Counted from the stretch's first letter, positions 29,801 through 37,079 are shown. The stretch: 64,000 nucleotides of DNA from a bacterium (GCA_016935765.1 JAFGQG010000057.1:7704-71703); one strand, 5' to 3'. The notes: generated from the letters alone by a model not told the origin. Numbers and translations are program-made.

Positions 29801-32448
29801 TGATGTCGGAGTATGGAAGGTGGAATCCGATCAGCGAAAGCTGGGAATTCGACGCAGCATCTTCCCCTTGTATCGACATGGGATTTGGAGGACCTGTTTT
29901 GGAACCATTTCCCAATGGAGGCATCATTAACCAGGGCTGTTATGGCGGCACTGACCAGGCATCGAAATCCGGACCGGCAAGGATATATGTAACAAAGGGC
30001 TCCGGGGCGTTCGGGAACTACGGCACATTTACCCAGATCAGTGGAGCGGTCAACGCTATCCCGGACTCTCTCGACAGCAGCTATACTGTAACTGTGTGCT
30101 CTGGTGGACCATTTCAGCAAGAAGTCAAGGTGTTCAAATTAAATCCAGCCTCTAACGGATATAGCCTTATTATAGAAGCATCGGATACTAATAAACCGGT
30201 GATTGAAGCCGAAGCTTATGGTTTTTACTTGAAATCTTATAAAAACACTAACGACCTCGCGAATGTCACTATCGATGGTTTCGAGATAGTACCCTGTCAA
30301 AGAGACCCTAACATAACCAGCAGAGGTATATTTACACAGCGAAATGATAGTGATAATGAAGTCATAAACCTTACCATTAGAAACTGTATTATTCATGGTA
30401 CTATTAATGAAGGGATAAAACTCGAGTACTCAGATGCCTTCGTCGCTCAGAGTAATTTAGTATATAACTGCGGCACGGATTACGGTATATATTTCTACTA
30501 CTGTGACGGAGACTGCAAATTCGCCAATAACACCGTATATACTAATAGCGCTATCAACTCTCTTTGTCAATTCTATGGTACTTTAACCATATGGAATAAT
30601 ATAATTTGCAATTGCAGTGATTTTGATAACGATTATGCCTTTAACAACCCGGGCGGCGCTACTACTACCTCGTATAATTACTACTGCTGCAAATATAGCC
30701 TCGAAGATGCGCTCGGTTATCCTTCTACCGGGCGGGGTGACCGGGAAGCCGACCTTGATGATGACCCGCCACTGTTTTATTCAACCACACCTGGTAGTGA
30801 GGATTTCCATTTGATGTCCGAGTACGGACGTTGGGATCCGGAAGCAAAGGGCTGGGAAATTGATGTTGTTACTTCACCATGCATTGACATGGGTTTTGGA
30901 GCACCAATGAATGAACCATTGCCTAATGGGAACATCATTAACCAGGGATTCTATGGCGGTACCGACCAGGCATCGAAATCCGGTCCATCTAGGGTATATG
31001 TAACCAGGGACTCTGGCGCTTTCGGGAACTTCGGCGCATACACTCAAATAAGCGGTGCAGTCAACGCCATCCAGGATTCCCTAGACAGCAGCTACACCGT
31101 AACCGTTTGCTCTGATGGACCTTACAGGGAAGAAGTAAAAGTGTTCAAATTAAATCCCGCTTCCAATGGATATAATCTCGTTATAGAGGCTTCGGATACA
31201 AATAAACCGGTGATCGAAGCGGAGGTTTACGGTTTTTACTTGAAATCTTATAAGAACACCAACGACCTCGCGAATGTCACTATCGATGGGTTCGAGATAG
31301 TACCATGTCAGAGAAGCGCTGATATTTCAAGTATGGGTATCTTTACACAGGAAAACGGGGATGAAAATGAAGTGATAAACCTGACTCTTGAAAATTGTGT
31401 TACTCATGGAATAAAAAACGAGGGCATTAAACTCGAATATGCAGATGACTTCCTTGTCCAAAATTGTCTGGTCTATGACTGTGGAGACAACTACGCTGTT
31501 ACCTTTTATGGCTGTGATGGAGATTGCCGGTTTATCAATAATACTGTATATTCAGACAATTCCATTTACACAGTAAATCAAGGTTACGGCAATTTAAATT
31601 TACGTAACAATATTATCTGTAATACTAGTGATATCATCGGAGATTATGGTTTCAGAGTATCAAGTGGTGTAGCAACTCCATCATTTAATTATTTTTGCAG
31701 CGCTTATAGTGCTGATCAGGGTTCTTACGGTGCTTTAGGCACCGGGGATACTGAAGTTGATCTCCACCTTGCCCCGCCTCTGTTTGTGAATACAGCAACT
31801 GATTCGGAAAATTTCCATTTGCAGTCGATGTTCGGGCATTGGGATACCGAAACCGGGGTCTGGCTTTTTGACACGCTCACTTCTCCATGCATCGATGCCG
31901 GAGATCCGGCAGACCCGTACGCAAACGAAACCGAAGATAATGGAAACAGGATTAACCAGGGCGCTTACGGCAATACGGTTGAAGCCTCGAAATCCGGATT
32001 CGGTGACACGAATATCGTAGCCATATTGATAGAAACCACGGACTGCAACTTTGAGATAACTTATAGAGGCCAAACAGTTGTATCCGCTGATTCACAGAAG
32101 ATCGAGATAATAAACATCGGCACTCTACCCATAGACATCGGGATGTTCTGCGACAGTGTACCCGGTTATGCGCTCGCGGACACTTATGAAATCGGCTATT
32201 ATGGTCTGTGGGGCTTACTCAATGATTCAGATTTTGCACCTGCCAAACACGATTTTACAAATAACCACCTTTTCTCCTACATCTTGCAATGGGCGGATTC
32301 AACCATCTTCGGACCGGGTGGCAGGAACATCCCGATCGCCGGGGATAACCAGGAGAACCTGTGGTTCCGATTCGATGCGCCGTATTATTACGCACCGCAC
32401 AACATTGAGATAAAGGTTACCGTCCAGGCGAGGGAGCACCTGCCGTAG
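23872..32448 (+). CDS. Giant (2858 aa) secreted protein of eight tandem ~335-aa parallel beta-helix cassettes, each ending in a choice-of-anchor-Q-like SPCID segment
   Basis: GGGAAA upstream and a signal peptide (MIFKSEIRVFLSLSFLVSILSFAILNA). Each unit is VYVTKGSGAFGN...AIPDSLD.SYTVTVCSDGPYREEV, then N-ladder PbH1 coils (NLTIxNCIIHG, INNTVYT, ICNTSD), then GDREADLDDDPPLFYSTTPDSEDFHL.SEYGRWNP...SPCIDMGFG...NQGAYGGTDQASKSG. The last unit carries the canonical SPCIDAGDPADP. Confidence 0.85.
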   Translation: MIFKSEIRVFLSLSFLVSILSFAILNASPTTIPTYIIKKDGTGSFTTIQAAVDALPTVLAGNYVIEVQDDSTYYEQVDIRKDNNNDIYSLTIRAGDGFQPTINGDDYGFYIKPDSTSNLKNVTISGFNITSCNINGFFATRNGADGEVLNLTITNCIIHGTASEGIKLEYADDFLMRNSILYDAGGDYGVHFNHCDGNPRFINNTVYTLSTTYSLYQVYGSLTLMNNIICNTSDDQYDYGFRMLSGTTYSYNNYFCSKYSFVNGSYNALGRGDREADLDDDPPLFYSTAPDSEDFHLKSEYGRWEPEAKGWQIDATTSPCIDMGLGDPIDEVAPNGNIINQGAYGGTDQASKSGPARVYVTKGSGAFGNFGAYAMINGAVAAIPDTLDTSYTVTVCSDEPYREEVKVFKHNPSDSGYSLTIEASDTNNPVIEAEENGFYLKPINSTDDMSNVTIDGFEIAPCHRSESITSRSILAENNGAGIEVINLTVQNCIIHGSNNEGIKLEYADDFLVRNNAVYDAGGDYGIHFHQCDGNSRFINNTVYTYSTINSVYQAYGYLTLMNNIICNTSDDQYDYGFRMSSGFTYSCNNYFCSKYSLSNGSDNNLGFGDREADLDDDPPLFYSTTPGSEDFHLMSEYGRWDSEAKGWQNDGVTSPCIDMGLGEPVDEFAPSGNIINQGAYGGTNQASKSGPTRVYVTKGSGAFGNLGAYTQISAAVNAIPDTLDTSYTVTVCSNGPFKQEVYIIKHNPPDSGYTLTIEASDTNKPVIEAEKRGFYLKPYNDTADLANITIDGFEISPCHRSTSITRRGIFAEKNTDWIGVINLTIKNCIIHGTNNDGIILEYADDFMMQNNIIYDTGSNYGIHLFVCHGSPEFINNTVYTNSISAAVYSNGGSLTLRNNIICNLNTGQYSYGFNYSSTTLQTSYTYFCSKYARSNGSNAVLGRCDREADLDDDPPLFYSTTPGNEDFHLKSEYGRWNPATTSWELDAVTSPCIDMGFRAPVNEPLPNGGVINQGGFGGTEQASKSDSGRVYVTIGSGVFGNYGIYTTINGAIAAIPDSLDSSYTVTVCSDGPYREEIDVLKLNPSENGYSLTIEASDTNNPVIEAEIYGFYLKPYSSSSDLANVTIDGFEIKPCQRSASVTSRGILAQKDSDGIEVINLTIQNCVIHGISNEGIRLEYSDDYLIRNCLVYNSGTDYAVYLTYCEGDPIFINNTVYSGNSFCAVYKHYGSLNLMNNIICNTSDDLYDYGFRIAGNIPQSSNNYFCAKYALDHGSDIALGCGDREADLDDDPPLFYSITPDSEDFHLMSQYGRWNPATISWEYDAVTSPCLDMGFGAPVNEPLPNGGIINQGFYGGTDQASKSGSARVYVTKGSGAFGNFGAYTQISGAVNAIPDSLDSNYTITVCSDGPYREEVNIFKLNPASNGYDLVIEASDTNKPVIEAEKYGFYLKPYNNTNDLANVIISGLEIKPCHRNPAITNKGIFTERNDAENHVLNLTVENCVIHGITNEGIRLEYADGFLVQNCLVYNCGTAYGVYFYYCDDDPHFMNSTVYTNSNQYSVISYYSDLILRNNIICNTSEIAGDYGFYVSGVTVESSYNYYCSKYSLSNGSYVGIGRGDREAHLDDDPPLFYSTTPDSEDFHLISEYGRWNPITETWELDAVTSPCIDMGFGAPLNEPLPNGGIINQGFYGGTDQASKSGPARVYVTRGAGAFGNYGAYTQINGAVNAIPDSLDTSYAVSVCSDGPFRQEVNVFKLNPASNGYNLIIEASDTNKPVIEAEAHGFYLQPYNNTNDLANVTIDGFEIAPCQRDASITSRGIFTQRNDSDNEVINLTIENCIIHGSRYEGIKLEYSDNFQIKNSLIYSCGTDYGVFFYYCDGDCRFVNNTVYTYSTINTLCQNYGNLTLLNNIICNTSDNAGDYGFNNPSGITSSSYNYFCSKYSLSSASLVALGRGDKEAYLEEDPPLFYSTTPDSEDFHLMSEYGRWNPISESWEFDAASSPCIDMGFGGPVLEPFPNGGIINQGCYGGTDQASKSGPARIYVTKGSGAFGNYGTFTQISGAVNAIPDSLDSSYTVTVCSGGPFQQEVKVFKLNPASNGYSLIIEASDTNKPVIEAEAYGFYLKSYKNTNDLANVTIDGFEIVPCQRDPNITSRGIFTQRNDSDNEVINLTIRNCIIHGTINEGIKLEYSDAFVAQSNLVYNCGTDYGIYFYYCDGDCKFANNTVYTNSAINSLCQFYGTLTIWNNIICNCSDFDNDYAFNNPGGATTTSYNYYCCKYSLEDALGYPSTGRGDREADLDDDPPLFYSTTPGSEDFHLMSEYGRWDPEAKGWEIDVVTSPCIDMGFGAPMNEPLPNGNIINQGFYGGTDQASKSGPSRVYVTRDSGAFGNFGAYTQISGAVNAIQDSLDSSYTVTVCSDGPYREEVKVFKLNPASNGYNLVIEASDTNKPVIEAEVYGFYLKSYKNTNDLANVTIDGFEIVPCQRSADISSMGIFTQENGDENEVINLTLENCVTHGIKNEGIKLEYADDFLVQNCLVYDCGDNYAVTFYGCDGDCRFINNTVYSDNSIYTVNQGYGNLNLRNNIICNTSDIIGDYGFRVSSGVATPSFNYFCSAYSADQGSYGALGTGDTEVDLHLAPPLFVNTATDSENFHLQSMFGHWDTETGVWLFDTLTSPCIDAGDPADPYANETEDNGNRINQGAYGNTVEASKSGFGDTNIVAILIETTDCNFEITYRGQTVVSADSQKIEIINIGTLPIDIGMFCDSVPGYALADTYEIGYYGLWGLLNDSDFAPAKHDFTNNHLFSYILQWADSTIFGPGGRNIPIAGDNQENLWFRFDAPYYYAPHNIEIKVTVQAREHLP
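23940..31995 (+). repeat. Eight in-frame tandem repeats, period ~1008 bp (units begin near 23940, 24940, 25948, 26947, 27961, 28969, 29974 and 30985)
   Basis: The VYVT(K/R/I)G codon block recurs at ~1-kb spacing. Units 6 and 7 share identical 40-nt stretches, for example acacagcgaaatgatagtgataatgaagtcataaacctta at 29326 and 30334. The first and last units are the most diverged. Confidence 0.85.
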
Positions 32449-32686
32449 AGGGAAAAATTGATTTATGAATAACGCCTGTCCCGATTTATCGGGGAGTAAC
32501 GAATGAAGATTTAAGAAGTATAACAACTTAAGGTAGAATGAAGTCTAAACCATTGTAGATGGTTGATTATTGTAGAAAAAGCAAAACCAACTTCATTATT
32601 ATCATCCTTGTATAGGATGAATAAAATTGGGGATATCCAATTAGGTAGGATATTTAACACTATTCGAGTTTATCAATAGTTGAAGC

Positions 32687-32715
32687 TTGACAGGGGTGGT
32701 AATGGGACTTATATT
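32687..32715 (+). promoter_or_regulatory. Putative sigma70-like promoter for the MNT/HEPN pair (TTGACA, 17 nt, TATATT)
   Basis: TTGACA at 32687-32692 and TATATT at 32710-32715, about 48 nt upstream of the ATG at 32764. Confidence 0.3.
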
Positions 32716-32763
32716 AATTATGGTATTGCCAAAAAACTAGGGAAGTGCTAAAAGGATTCCAGT

Positions 32764-33138
32764 ATGACCACATTTAATATTGAAAAAGCCAGGCAGAAAA
32801 TAAGGGATAAACAACGCCAGGAGAAAGAAAAGAGGCAAAAACTGCTTAAAAAAGCTTTGGCTGACTTTGATAACATTATTAAAATGCTGATAGAGAAATA
32901 CAATCCAAAAAGAATTTACCAATGGGGTTCTTTATTGAACACAAGTAACTTTTCTGAAATTTCGGATATCGACATTGCTGTTGAAGGGATTAAATCCGCA
33001 GAGGAATATTTCAATATGCTGGGTGATGCGATGGAACTTACCAATTTCCCGGTGCACTTAGAGGAGCTTGAAAAACTCAAATCAATTTATGCTGACACGA
33101 TAAAAGAGGAGGGGAAACTGATCTATGAGCGAAAATAG
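32764..33138 (+). CDS. Minimal nucleotidyltransferase (MNT, Pol-beta fold), antitoxin-like partner of the HEPN protein
   Basis: GS...DxD nucleotidyltransferase motif (WGSLLNTSNFSEISDIDIAVEG). It overlaps the next gene by 14 nt. Confidence 0.75.
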   Translation: MTTFNIEKARQKIRDKQRQEKEKRQKLLKKALADFDNIIKMLIEKYNPKRIYQWGSLLNTSNFSEISDIDIAVEGIKSAEEYFNMLGDAMELTNFPVHLEELEKLKSIYADTIKEEGKLIYERK

Positions 33139-33604
33139 AGAAATCGCAGATTTACGCAAAGAGATAAACAAAACTGTTAGTGTTCTAAGCAATATAGACG
33201 CTTTTTATAAAGATTTCCTGGAGAAAACGTTACCCTTACTCGGTAAGAACCAAACATCGGCTATTGTTCAAGCGGAAATATTTACAGATTTTTACACCTG
33301 TTTAGAGAGTCTTTTTTTAAAGATATCCGCTTTCTTTGAGAACGAGTTGAAGAAGAATGGCTGGCATAAGGATCTCTTACATAAAATGACTCTTGAGATT
33401 CGGGAGACCAGGATTCCGGTAATCTCCGATAAAACCTATTCCATACTGCTCGAGTTTCTCAAATTCAGGCATTTCAAGCGCTATTATCATGAGTTTGATT
33501 ACGACTGGGATAAATTAGAATATCTCCAGAAGAAATATATTCAGGTTAATGAGTTATTTAAAAATGACGTGGAGAGGTTCAGCAATTTTCTTGCAGAATT
33601 GTAA
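33125..33604 (+). CDS. HEPN-domain / HI0074-like nucleotidyltransferase substrate-binding protein (toxin-like partner)
   Basis: 159-aa helical protein with an R-x6-H motif (FRHFKRYYH) near the C-terminus. Translationally coupled to the MNT gene. Confidence 0.6.
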   Translation: MSENREIADLRKEINKTVSVLSNIDAFYKDFLEKTLPLLGKNQTSAIVQAEIFTDFYTCLESLFLKISAFFENELKKNGWHKDLLHKMTLEIRETRIPVISDKTYSILLEFLKFRHFKRYYHEFDYDWDKLEYLQKKYIQVNELFKNDVERFSNFLAEL

Positions 33605-33652
33605 TCTCAGGCAGTATAAAAGAAAAATATTGTTGCAAATTTAGAGTTTATT

Positions 33653-34930
33653 ATGGGAAAAGCGTTTTTAACAATTTTGTTTCTGATTCTATTATCCACT
33701 ATTGTCAGTGGTTTAGAACTTGTTTCCGAGACCCCAACGGGTAATATCGGGGCAACCATTATTAGAGTGGAGCATAATTCCGCTATGCTTTTCGAACCCG
33801 ATACTTCCCGGGATACTTTAACCGTCAGGTTCTTTAATTGCTCTGACCCTCACACTCCGATGAGGGGTGACGATTTCGAGGTTCCTTCCATTATCAGCGG
33901 AAATTTATATTCCTTCCACGCGCTGGACACAAATGATTCCCTATTAGCAATATATAGAGATTGGACTAATTTTGACCTTTATAGCCATATTAGTGATTCT
34001 ATTACTCACGTTAATAGCTTTAGTGCTTATGGTATATATCGGTATGGTCCTTACATTGTGCTGGTCGACTCCTTTGTAGCAGTTTTGCGATATTACCGTA
34101 ATGACGCAATTGATTTTTATAATTACAATGATTTATCTTCTATCTATTTTGTTGATAGCATACCAGGTCTTAACATGATGAGTATGCCCGATATTGAAGA
34201 TGGTTTAGTATGCCATTCAAGCGGAATGTCCACCTGGATTTATAGTATTTCCAGCGAAAGTTTCACAGAATTAATAGGATATTATACGTGTGGTACCGAT
34301 TATCATTCTTGTTTCCTTGATATCGATAGAAATTTTGTCTTTACCGAAGGAAGGGCAATTGGATACATTAGTGGCGATACAATCGTTTCTTCTGCTTGGA
34401 CCTATCCAGGCTTACATGAAGATTTTAGAGCGCCATTTGAGATATGGGACGATTTTATCATAAAAGCTGAAGGTTATGATGCTGATAATCGTATAGATAT
34501 TGCCTACATATCCATCTGGTATCCCTTTCCCCTCTGGACATGGTTAGATACGGCAAAAGGGGGGATATTCGAGATCAAGGATTCGCTGCTCTTTACCTTC
34601 GGGCTTGATACATTGCGTATCTATAACCTGAATTCATTAACGGCTATTGAACAGATCGAGCATACTCCCTCTGAAATTGAAGTTTCCATCCATCCCAATC
34701 CTTTCAATTCCTCAACAACTATCCAATTCACGCTTAAACAAAACGCTGGCGTTGAAGCTGCCATCTACAACCTCCTCGGTGAAAGGGTTTGCGAATTATT
34801 TAATGATAATCTACCTGCAGGCACCCACACCCTCTACTGGAATGCGGAAGGTTTCCCATCTGGGATTTACTTCTGCAAACTGAAAGCAGGCAATCATCTG
34901 GAAGTAAAAAGATTGCTCCTCATGAGATAG
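33653..34930 (+). CDS. Secreted hypothetical protein, T9SS cargo (CTD subtype ending KRLLLMR)
   Basis: Signal peptide MGKAFLTILFLILLSTIVSG. C-terminus IHPNPFNSSTTIQFTLKQNAGVEAAIYNLLGERVCELFNDNLPAGTHTLYWNAEGFPSGIYFCKLKAGNHLEVKRLLLMR. Confidence 0.7.
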   Translation: MGKAFLTILFLILLSTIVSGLELVSETPTGNIGATIIRVEHNSAMLFEPDTSRDTLTVRFFNCSDPHTPMRGDDFEVPSIISGNLYSFHALDTNDSLLAIYRDWTNFDLYSHISDSITHVNSFSAYGIYRYGPYIVLVDSFVAVLRYYRNDAIDFYNYNDLSSIYFVDSIPGLNMMSMPDIEDGLVCHSSGMSTWIYSISSESFTELIGYYTCGTDYHSCFLDIDRNFVFTEGRAIGYISGDTIVSSAWTYPGLHEDFRAPFEIWDDFIIKAEGYDADNRIDIAYISIWYPFPLWTWLDTAKGGIFEIKDSLLFTFGLDTLRIYNLNSLTAIEQIEHTPSEIEVSIHPNPFNSSTTIQFTLKQNAGVEAAIYNLLGERVCELFNDNLPAGTHTLYWNAEGFPSGIYFCKLKAGNHLEVKRLLLMR

Positions 34931-35090
34931 GAATGGATGACGAATAACGGGGGACAGCTTTCGGAATAATCGAATCCTCTTTAAAATACATTATTTAAAG
35001 CAAGAAGCTTTCCTCAAGATGACATTATTTTATTGACAAAGGTTTTAAAAAACAAGATATTTAATATATTGAAATGTAAATAGAAATAAA

Positions 35091-35327
35091 ATGCCTACTA
35101 TATTTAAAACAGGTCCTTATCGTTTCTTCTTCTACTCTGGAGATAAATATGAACCACCTCACATTCACGTTGAGCATGATGATAAAAAAGCCAAGTTTTG
35201 GCTCAATCCCGTAAGATTATGCAAGAGTATAGGATTTAACAGACAAGAACTTAACCACTTACAAAAGCTAATTGATGAGAGTGAAAACCAAATTTTGAGG
35301 AGTTGGGATGAGTACTTTAACGACTGA
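35091..35327 (+). CDS. DUF4160-domain protein
   Basis: MPTIFKTGPYRFFFYSGDKYEPPHIHVEHDDKKAKFWLNPV is the DUF4160 signature. It overlaps the next gene by 20 nt. Confidence 0.8.
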   Translation: MPTIFKTGPYRFFFYSGDKYEPPHIHVEHDDKKAKFWLNPVRLCKSIGFNRQELNHLQKLIDESENQILRSWDEYFND

Positions 35328-35610
35328 AAAAGAAATTACCAGAGCTTTGAAAATAAGTTTTACAGATGATTCATTGGTTGTCGAACTCGAAGATGGTAGA
35401 ACAGTTATGGTTCCAATAAGCTGGTTTCCAAGGCTTCAAGATGGTAATCAGAAAGAACGCTCTAATTGGCGGTTAATTGGCAGGGGCGAAGGTATCCATT
35501 GGCCAGACCTTGATGAAGACATAAGTGTCGATAATCTGCTTTCAGGCCAACCTTCCGGAGAAAGCCAGCGTTCACTCAAAAAATGGTTAGAATCCAGAAA
35601 AGGTAAATAA
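35308..35610 (+). CDS. DUF2442-domain protein
   Basis: ALKISFTDDSLVVELEDGRTVMVPISWFPRLQDGNQKERSNWRLIGRGEGIHWPDLDEDISVDNLL is the DUF2442 signature. It forms the conserved DUF4160/DUF2442 gene pair. Confidence 0.8.
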   Translation: MSTLTTEKEITRALKISFTDDSLVVELEDGRTVMVPISWFPRLQDGNQKERSNWRLIGRGEGIHWPDLDEDISVDNLLSGQPSGESQRSLKKWLESRKGK

Positions 35611-35664
35611 AAAAAATATCTGTGGGTTTTTTCTATTAGGTGATTATAATTATGGCTTCAATTT

Positions 35665-36594
35665 ATGGGAAAGAAGGAAGGGTGTTTAGATTTTTTTTGG
35701 GGGGCAAGTATTTTACTTTTCATTTTAAATAACTTTTTAGGTTTGAAACTCGAGCCTATACTGCATAGCGCTGAATGGCAGTTGTGGGATAAAGAATGCT
35801 TTAAGGTAGAGTTTATTAAAGCCCATCCATCAAACCCGGATTTAATATTTACTATTGGAGATTCTACCACATATCCTATTATAAACAGAAAGCTTTTTAT
35901 GAGTAATGATAAAGGATTGTCCTGGGTATGTATCGGTTCTGACGAGTTAGGAAACCAAGTATCCTGGATTGATATAGGTTATGACTCAGTGATCTACGCG
36001 GATGCAAATTGGTATGATTCTAGTAGAATAAAAAAGTCTTCTGATTTTGGTGAAACCTGGATTAATGCTGGTCTGTTTCCTGGGGGATCAGCAGATTTAT
36101 ATGGTCAAGTTAATCCTACAAATTCAGATACTCTTATCATTTCCACATGTGGTCTTTATTCATGTACAAGTATAATGACCCTTGATGGTGGCATTACTTG
36201 GGAACGTGTAAGTTGTGAATGTTGTGCAGTAACTTGTTATACACCGTGGCAAGATCTTTTTTTTATGGAGTGTGGTGGTCTAAGGTTTTTTCGAAACCAT
36301 GCATGTGGAACAGATTGGGATACCCTTTATACAGCATTTTATTTTTACGATTTTAAGTATGTAAAAAATTCTCCCTATCTTTTATATTCTATAGGTGGAT
36401 TGTTTGGATACTGGAGTGATTCAATTTTTATTTGGAAGAGCCACGATAATGGAAGTAATTGGAATAGAATAGCTTGTATATCATGCGATTTTATTGAAAT
36501 AAACCAAACTGACACATTGGACATTTTTGTGTCAGATGGGATAGATATTTTGAGATCCACAGATGGTGGAGATACATGGGTAATTCTCGATTAA
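35665..36594 (+). CDS. BNR/Asp-box repeat protein; the frame continues through a single TAA into a downstream T9SS CTD
   Basis: Five S-x-D-x-G-x-T/S-W boxes (SNDKGLSW, SSDFGETW, TLDGGITW, SHDNGSNW, STDGGDTW). The TAA at 36592-36594 is followed, in the same frame, by the 36595..36996 segment. Confidence 0.7.
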   Translation: MGKKEGCLDFFWGASILLFILNNFLGLKLEPILHSAEWQLWDKECFKVEFIKAHPSNPDLIFTIGDSTTYPIINRKLFMSNDKGLSWVCIGSDELGNQVSWIDIGYDSVIYADANWYDSSRIKKSSDFGETWINAGLFPGGSADLYGQVNPTNSDTLIISTCGLYSCTSIMTLDGGITWERVSCECCAVTCYTPWQDLFFMECGGLRFFRNHACGTDWDTLYTAFYFYDFKYVKNSPYLLYSIGGLFGYWSDSIFIWKSHDNGSNWNRIACISCDFIEINQTDTLDIFVSDGIDILRSTDGGDTWVILD

Positions 36595-36996
36595 GGTGCT
36601 GATTTATTCTCAACGCCATTAAATTGTTTAGAGATAAATTCGGATGGATCAGTCTTATTCGTTGGTGCCCCTAATGGATTGTTTAGATATGATCTAACTG
36701 ATACAAGCAGCATCATTGAGACAACAAATCCTATTTTAAGCCTAAATCTTTCCGTTTGGCCAAATCCCTTCAACTCCTGCACCAATATTAAATTCACACT
36801 TAAGGAAAGCTCTTCTGTAAAAACCTCCATTTACAACCTCATCGGTGAAAGGGTATGCGACCTGACCAACGATAAATTATCCGCAGGAATTCACACCCTT
36901 CAATGGAATGCGGAAGATCTCCCCTCCGGGGTCTATTTCTGCAAGCTTAAAGCCGGCAAACATCAGGAAGTGAAAAAATTGCTGTTGATGAGATAG
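36595..36996 (+). pseudogene. Detached T9SS type-A CTD segment, in frame with the upstream BNR gene after a TAA (the ORF caller reports 36679..36996 with a TTG start)
   Basis: Translation: GADLFSTPLNCLEINSDGSVLFVGAPNGLFRYDLTDTSSIIETTNPILSLNLSVWPNPFNSCTNIKFTLKESSSVKTSIYNLIGERVCDLTNDKLSAGIHTLQWNAEDLPSGVYFCKLKAGKHQEVKKLLLMR. It has no ATG of its own and is about 70% identical to the CTD of the 33653..34930 gene. Confidence 0.5.
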
Positions 36997-37079
36997 GAAT
37001 AGAAGATATATTACAGAATGATCAAACCCTTCAATATTTTTTTCTCCGTGACTCCGTGTCTCTGTGGTTTAACCAATAC

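Noticed and set aside
23940-31995. CRISPR array as an explanation for the ~1-kb periodic repeats
   Set aside because: The period is ~1008 bp with no short spacer or repeat alternation. The repeats are in-frame coding cassettes of one ORF, and no cas genes are present.
24773-32526. Small ORFs nested in or antisense to the giant repeat gene (for example 29131..29388, 30139..30396, 29704..30120)
   Set aside because: They recur once per cassette in antisense, for example the paired MDNTIFNSKVYDFIITIISLCKYTSAGY / MNNTVSNGKVYDFIITIISLCKYTSAGY ORFs. That is the signature of shadowing a repeated coding sequence.
35658-35870. Minus-strand ORF 35658..35870 overlapping the start of the BNR gene
   Set aside because: It is only 70 aa, has no motif, and overlaps the N-terminal signal region of a better-supported plus-strand gene.
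1874-36594. Stop-codon reassignment (TAA as sense) to explain the two in-frame TAA codons
   Set aside because: TAA terminates several well-supported genes here (clpB at 1738, DUF2442 at 35608, HEPN at 33602), alongside TAG and TGA. Global recoding is therefore implausible, and pseudogenes or consensus errors are more likely.
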